Shown here piece by piece: positions 57,870 through 64,000 of a stretch of DNA of 64,000 nucleotides. A program made the position numbers and the translations under genes. The notes below the pieces were generated by a model. That model ran no database searches, was not told the DNA's origin, and saw only the letters and a list, made by a program, of their open reading frames with translations. The first letter of the stretch is position 1, and every line of letters starts with the position of its first letter. The stretch is from Podarcis erhardii (taxonomy: Eukaryota): the NCBI GenBank assembly GCA_964252035.1, contig OZ176208.1. One strand, given 5' to 3'.

Positions 57870-58277
57870 AAGTGCTGGGGACCTGAAGGATACAGAGACA
57901 CTGGAATGCGTGCAGAAAAAGGCGACTAATATGAAAAGGGGTCTGAAAACAAAACATTATGAGGAACGGTTGATGGTTTGTTGGGTATGTTTATCCTGGA
58001 GAAGACAAGATTGAGAGGAGATATAATAGCTATTCTCAAATATTTGAAGGGCTGTCACATGGCCCTTCAAATCCAAGAAGGGATATTGCAACTAAACATT
58101 AGGAAGAACTTTCTGGTGGTTAGGAGCTGTTCAGCAATGGAACAGACTACTTCAGAAGGTGGTACATTTTAAAAGTGGCTAGATGACTATCCGAGAGGGA
58201 TTCTTTAGCTGTGTTCATGCACTGCAAAGGGTTGGACTAGGTAACCCTGGCGTTCCTTCCAACTGCATATTTCTGTG
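57870..58277 (+). mobile_element. Old CR1 3' fragment
   Basis: Peptide LE.VQKKAT.M.KGLK...YEERL, MFILEKTRLRGDIIAILKYLKG, LQLNIRKNFL, followed by the CR1 3' UTR (gggttggactag..ccttccaac). Confidence 0.85.
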
Positions 58278-58542
58278 AAGATCAGCATTTGAGGTGGTTC
58301 AGGGGGCTTCAGGGAGAAGTGAGGAACTGGTATAAACAACACAAACACAAAAACCCTCACTTTTCAGCCACAGAATCCTTTGCAGGACTGTAGCTCCTTA
58401 CATCAACAAAAGTGGATCTCTGGAGCCAACCCGTGGAATTTATTGAGAAGGAAAGAGGGAAATGTGTGACTATGTGAAAAGGGTCTTTAAACCTGAAGCT
58501 GCAGTGGCTGTTCAGCTAGAAATGAGGAAGATGAACATAGGC

Positions 58543-58546
<4 letters not shown>

Positions 58547-58592
<46 letters not shown>
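58547..58592. repeat. (CA)n microsatellite
   Basis: Direct reading. Confidence 0.95.
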
Positions 58593-58597
<5 letters not shown>

Positions 58598-58630
58598 CCC
58601 TTATTGTTATTCACAATATCCTTTGGCATA

Positions 58631-58807
58631 CATGCCATACATACATTTAAAGAACACTTAAGCACATCCCCCCTCTCAAATAATCATGGGAACTGAGTTT
58701 GTATGGGTGCTGGGAATTTTAGTTCTGTAAAAGGTAAACTGCAGTTCCCAAGATTCTTGGGAGGTTGGTCAGACATGTGCTTAAACGTGGTTTAAATGCA
58801 TGGGGTG
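58631..58807. mobile_element. Foldback MITE
   Basis: Left catttaaagaacacttaagcacat versus reverse complement of right catttaaaccacgtttaagcacat (20/24); internal gggaactg/cagttccc pairing. Confidence 0.6.
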
Positions 58808-61345
58808 TCAAATCATATTGTGCTGTCTAATTTCTTTCTGTGTTTGAAATGGGGTGTGTGTGGAATTTCCCCACATATCAAATTGTCTAGTTCTCTTTTT
58901 GCATCTTTGTTTCTTCTTCTCTTTCCTGTTTTGTTTTCTGCCTGGAATCTTTGGAAGAAAATGTGCAACCTCCTTCTCACTAATGAACATGTGGAGCTGC
59001 ATCACACGCAGGGGAACAGACGTGCATCAGTTTTGCCATTGAGTAATCTGTATTATAATTTGTTGTGACATGATGTGGCCAGACATAAAGACTACACTTA
59101 ATTTATGTTTATTCATTTTACATCTTGACATCGCACCCAGAAGCCTGCTGTATTATCAGCTAATCTTGGTGGAGCACTTTAATTGCTCGGCTGCTTTTCA
59201 TGTTTGAAGTAGCCTGTGCAGTTCAGGCATAGCCAGCACAGAACCCACGAATCTGATTTTAATTTATGGAATGAAGAACTTTTTTTAAAGTATGCTTATA
59301 TGCTAACTCCTAAGGCCTCACAAGCCACATGCTATACTCACATTAGAGCAAAAATAACTGAATGGTCCAAAGTAGCATTGCCATTAAATACTGTAAGAAG
59401 CAGCACACACACATATTCTAGTTATTGGTATTGCAAGGCAGAGGTTGCCAACGGGGTGCCCGTGGGCATATAGGCACATGCAGAGGTATTCCAGGGTGCC
59501 CACAGAATCCCTTTCAATTTACAGAATCCCTTTCAACTTACAGAAGAAGAGGGGAATCTAAAAATCTACCGTCTTTTCTAAAAAAACAAATGTCCTCATC
59601 CCTCTGTGTCCAGCCTGGGGGTTATTTTCCCCTCTCCTCTTAAAGGAAAGAAGATCAAGGGGACAGAAGTGATGGAAAGGAGGCTCAATGGCTGCTTTAA
59701 AAGGCAGTTGCTGCTTCTTCTCCCTCAGCATTATTTGGAGCGACAGCAGTCTGGCCCACGGCACATTGCAACCTGAAGTGAAAGCAAGATGGCACCAACT
59801 TGCCTGGCTGCTGAATTTTACCTCAATACTGGCTGACTACGAACCTTGCAACCAAGAGCTATCTGACTTTCTCGTTGACCTCAACTAGATTATTGCATTG
59901 TTTGCGTGTTTCCTAGGTGTCTAGCTCTTTGTGTACAATTGTGTTGTTGTTTAGTATATTTATGGTTCCAACTAAAGACCATTGTTCAACTTAAATATTT
60001 GTGAGCTTCATTCCACCTAAGCCCTGTAGGACGCAGAGGCAGAGATTCCCTTTGCTTTTGCAAGCACCTTTCCATGAATACTTTGCATTGCCTCTAATAA
60101 CAAGCAATCAATTTATGTTTAACATAACACAGGAGAGCCTGCCGTTCGCCTCATTTAATTTCCGGGGCGGGGGGCGGGGGGGGGGGCTTTAAACAATTAA
60201 ACAAGTGTATGGCAGCCACTCACACCTTCCTCCTTCCCACTAGGCAATTCCCCACCCAGGTTTAGCCATAAAAGTTCAATGATGTGTAAAGTGAGCCTTG
60301 AGCAACATTATTAGATGCTATCAGCCTCTGAAAGTGTGTGTGACAAGATCTGATAATATGTTGAGGATCAATGCTTCTTTCTTGCTTTTCGGCTCCCTTG
60401 AAGAAAAAGCAACTGTCAGACCTAGTGAAGAGATCACAGTTGCTGAGCAACAAGAGCAACATAAATATGCTTTTGCATCAACTTGGAAAAAGGAAAATAT
60501 ATGCTTAAAAAAAAAAAAGCCTGGTAGAAATGAGACCCATTGATTGGAGGGCAGGAGGAGAGTGAGAAAATATTTGAACCTGAGCGCTGTTAACACAAAG
60601 ATATTAGTGACACCTTTCAGCAGAAACCTAAGATGGGCTGCACAGCTGTAGCATTCCCTCCACTTCTCTGCTGTTTATTGTGGCACAGCAAGTGGAAAAT
60701 AACTGTGTTGCCCATACAGTTTCTATGACCCATAAGAACAGACCCTGTTTTTTGTATTTGAATGTCCTGGATTCTTGTGCTTTTATTAGGCTGTTTTATT
60801 AGTTTTAGGTTATACTTTTGTTTTAACAGTACTGTTTGTTTCTATATTGTACAACACTGATGGATTTTCAAAATATAAAGCAGTTTATAGATGTTTGTAA
60901 ACAAACAAACAAATCATAGCCTCACATTCCTGGTCCATCTAGGATAACACTTAACCAAGTTAACATGCAGGAATACAGAAATATCTTATGGCTGGCTTCA
61001 CTGTTGTACACAGAAAGAAGTGAGGAAAAAAAGTGGAGATGAAAGTCCTTGAAATAGACACACAATCCCTTTGTCCCTCTCTGATTTGTATACCACTTCA
61101 TATTTCAGCAGAAATCTTGAAGCAGTTTACAGCCCCAGCTAGCCTAGTGAATGTACAGGGATATTAGGAGTTGTAGTCCAGAACATCTGGAAGGCCACAT
61201 GGTCATTACTCTGGATTTAACTAATACTATTCGCTTGCTTTGCACTGAGTAATTGCTTCTTTTCTGCCTAATTCATGAAAGAAGAATGAAGAGAGTTTTG
61301 CAGAGAGAAGTGAATGAATTCAATGAGCAAAACCTATTTATTTAT

Positions 61346-61722
61346 GGAGACGTATCCACAGCGGGTGGCGCTGTGGTCTAAACCACTGAGCCTAGGGCTT
61401 GCCGATCAGAAGGTTGGCGGTTCGAATCCCCATGACAGGGTGAGCTCCCATTGCTTGGTCCCAGCTTCTGCCCACCTAGCAGTTCGAAAGCACATCAAAG
61501 TGCAAGTAGATAAATAGGTACCGCTCCGGCGGGAAGGTAAACAGCGTTTCTGTGCGCTGCTCTGGTTTGCCAGAAGCAGCTTAGTCATGCTGGCCACATG
61601 GCCCAGAAGCTGTCTGCAGACAAATGCCGGCTCCTTCGGCCTATAAAGCAAGATGAGCGCTGCAACCCCAGAGTCATTCGCGTCTGGACCTAATGGTCAG
61701 GGGTACCTTTACCTTTATCTTT
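61346..61722 (+). mobile_element. Full-length Sauria SINE
   Basis: gcgggtggcgctgtggtctaaaccactgagcc..ggttcgaatcccc..aaagtgcaagtagataaataggtacc..ggacctaatggtcaggggtacctttaccttta. Confidence 0.93.
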
Positions 61723-62802
61723 AACCAAAAATAAAGCATGGAAACTGAGTGATTTGATGTAACAAAAGAAAAAAAAATCTGAAACAATTTCCAGAATGAT
61801 TCTCTTCATTTTTATATATCACAATAATATTTTGGGTAAGCATAAAGCAAACGTCATAATGTTATACCTCTTAAATTTAGTAATTAGCATCTATTGCTGC
61901 TTTGCTACTGTTATGAGTGTCTTAATATAACATTTAGCAGCTTCATCAGCTTCTAGCATGCTTACTGAAGGAAGGTCTAAATGACGTTGATGCAACTTGA
62001 AGCCCCACCTTAAATGTCGCTTTAGTGGGAAGTTTTGCAACAAATCCTTAAAAGCATAAACAAGGGGGAAAATAGTGGTGGGAGGTTAAGGGGAGGGGGG
62101 GGGAATCAAACAGCTCCATCTTGCACCTAATTCAATCCATTTAGAAGCTCTCTGCCTAAGCCAAGGATTACTGGTGATACCATCTACTTCAGGTTGCAGT
62201 GCCTAAAGAAAGCATCCCTCTTATTAAAAAATGGAAAAAGACAAAGTTTAAAGCCAAATAATTCAGGCTTGCATAAATCTTTAATAGGACCTGCCCTCTC
62301 AGGATTGGCTGTGTGTTCTTTTCTCTGCCCAAGGGAAACACAATATGTCTTAGAAGAGAATAATAGTAACTCCATCTTGTGTGTTATATGATATCTTCAG
62401 GTAATCCAGAGGATTTTGCCTTTGTCTGCCGTAAACACAAGGCCACCCGTGCATACAGTGTCCAGGCTTTTCCAGACTCCTCACCTTAGCAGGTGACACC
62501 CCAGAAGATGGACGTGGAAGAGTTAGGTAGCTCGTTGCTAGAGGCAAGTTTCCTCTCAAGGCTTTGGGGAAATATGAAACAAATCAGGCAAATTCTGTCT
62601 TTGCAAGAACAAAGTGTGACAAGCTGTCCTTCCAGTTTGCCAGAGCTTTGCAGACATGATTCCTTACCATTGTTTCTTATAGTAAATTAACGTAGTTTGT
62701 TGCATATGAAAAGTAGAGAGTGTTGGAAGTCGCAAATAGGCCAGTGTTAATATATTGAAATTGGCACAGCCCTGAATTTTTAAACTGGGAAAGTGTGATT
62801 AA

Positions 62803-62891
62803 GGCTGGAATCCAAACTACATTTACTCAAAGTAAGTCCCATTGAATTCAATAGGGCTTACTTCCAGGTGAGTGGGGTTAGGAATGCAGGC
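62803..62891. mobile_element. 89-bp palindromic PIF/Harbinger (Chompy-like) MITE with TAA TSD
   Basis: ggctggaatcc...agtaagtcccattgaattcaatagggcttact...ggaatgcaggc; TAA at 62800-62802 and 62892-62894. Confidence 0.7.
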
Positions 62892-62994
62892 TAAAATTCT
62901 AATTCCAATAATAATGCTAATGACAATTTCTGTTCTAAAATCTCATAAAAGATTTCATGTACTGAAATTTTTAGATGTATATCACCAAGGCAAA

Positions 62995-63100
62995 CTGGGC
63001 TGAAATTCCTACTCAGCCACATTGCTCTTAGGGTGACCTTGGGCCAGTCATAATTTTTTGGCCTCACCAACCTTACTAGGTTGCAGTAAGAATGAAACAA
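62995..63100 (+). mobile_element. MIR-like SINE remnant
   Basis: gaaattcctactcagcc..gggtgaccttgggccagtca..cctcaccaaccttactaggttgcagtaagaatgaaa. Confidence 0.5.
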
Positions 63101-63844
63101 GACAATCCATTCATGTTTTCTAGAAGTTTTTTTTCTCCCCTTCAATGGGATGGTAATAAATAAATGAATGTCATAAACAAATGCAAACAAATTAAAAGGG
63201 AGGGGGAAACCCAACTCAGTACATTGCTACAGAGAGGAATTTGGCCTCAGAATCAAATAGCAATTTCTGTTTTCTTTTCTGAATAGTTTCAAACATCCTT
63301 CTGTGATTTGAGGTGGGGAGAGAAATAAAAATGCTATTCAGTCACAATCTCACCTGTTGATATTCGCCACAGAAAACATGCCTTGAGGTTCTGCTACATT
63401 TACTTCCAAGTTACGCACCTATTGATGGTGGGGAAATGCAAAACATGCCCGTGGCTTTGAGATTTGGAGGCTAATTCTTGAGTTTGTTCACAAATCTGGT
63501 TTAGAGATTTGTGTCTTTCTGGCTTCTCATAGATGATTTCTGTGACCTTCTGTCAAGGCTGAGCTGTGGGCAGCTGTCAGAGCCAAGCCAACAGCTGGGA
63601 GCCAGGAGCCAGGAGCTGAGCCAGGAGGTCAGCACTGAGTAATAAGCCAGAACGTACATCAGACCACATCAGACCTTGTTGGTTAGGGAAAGTCCCAGCC
63701 AAACCAGTGCTGTGCTGAACATGTCTGCTGCATTTTTATTTCTTATCATTCTCCATCAGTTAATGGAAAAAACAAACTGCATTCAGAAATTATCTGGGAG
63801 GGGGAGGAAATTTGAGTGACAATTCTCATAGATAGGGAGTAGGG

Positions 63845-64000
63845 TTAAGTAGAGACATCACCTTGCCAACAAGGTTCGCATAGTAAAAGCTATGGTTTTC
63901 CCAGTAGTGATGTATGGAAGTGAGAGCTGGACCACAAAGAAGGCTGATCGCCGAAGAATTGATGCTTTTGAATTATGGTGCTGGAGGAGACTCTTGAGAG
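63845..64000 (+). mobile_element. Bov-B (RTE) LINE RT fragment, runs off window edge
   Basis: SRDITLPT, then after a 1-nt deletion VRIVKAMVFPVVMYGSESWTTKKADRRRIDAFELWCWRRLLR, a diagnostic Bov-B ORF segment. Confidence 0.92.

Noticed and set aside
1-64000. CRISPR array, prokaryotic or phage operon, endogenous retrovirus
   Set aside because: No regularly spaced repeat-spacer array, no gene-dense region, and no gag/pol/env or paired LTRs seen; the sequence is vertebrate non-coding DNA.

Overview
This is a eukaryotic, repeat-rich, essentially non-coding 64-kb window from a squamate reptile, most likely a lacertid lizard. The taxon is inferred from Sauria SINEs, Squam3-like SINEs, Bov-B, CR1/L2/L1 LINE fragments and hAT/pogo MITEs. 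I could not identify any host protein-coding exon, genuine tRNA/rRNA gene, CRISPR array or prokaryotic system. The ORFs with recognisable protein signal are decayed retrotransposon fragments (CR1 RT, L2 endonuclease and RT tail, L1 C-terminal CCHC domain, Bov-B RT). Between the repeats lie several repeat-free, motif-dense blocks that look like conserved non-coding elements of a large intron or gene desert (inference). The most interesting observations are in transposon architecture: (i) a non-autonomous TIR family (CATACCCTCCAAC ends) flanked by 6-bp rather than 8-bp duplications; (ii) a three-level nested insertion (TAGGGATG-type element > pogo/Tigger MITE > L1 with a perfect 21-bp TSD); (iii) an inverted, apparently twin-primed Sauria SINE inside a 69-bp duplication; (iv) SINEs that share one CR1 tail but have different tRNA heads (Lys vs Ile). 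There are two assembly gaps (1015-1142, 16101-16488). All family names come from recalled consensus similarity, not from database searches.
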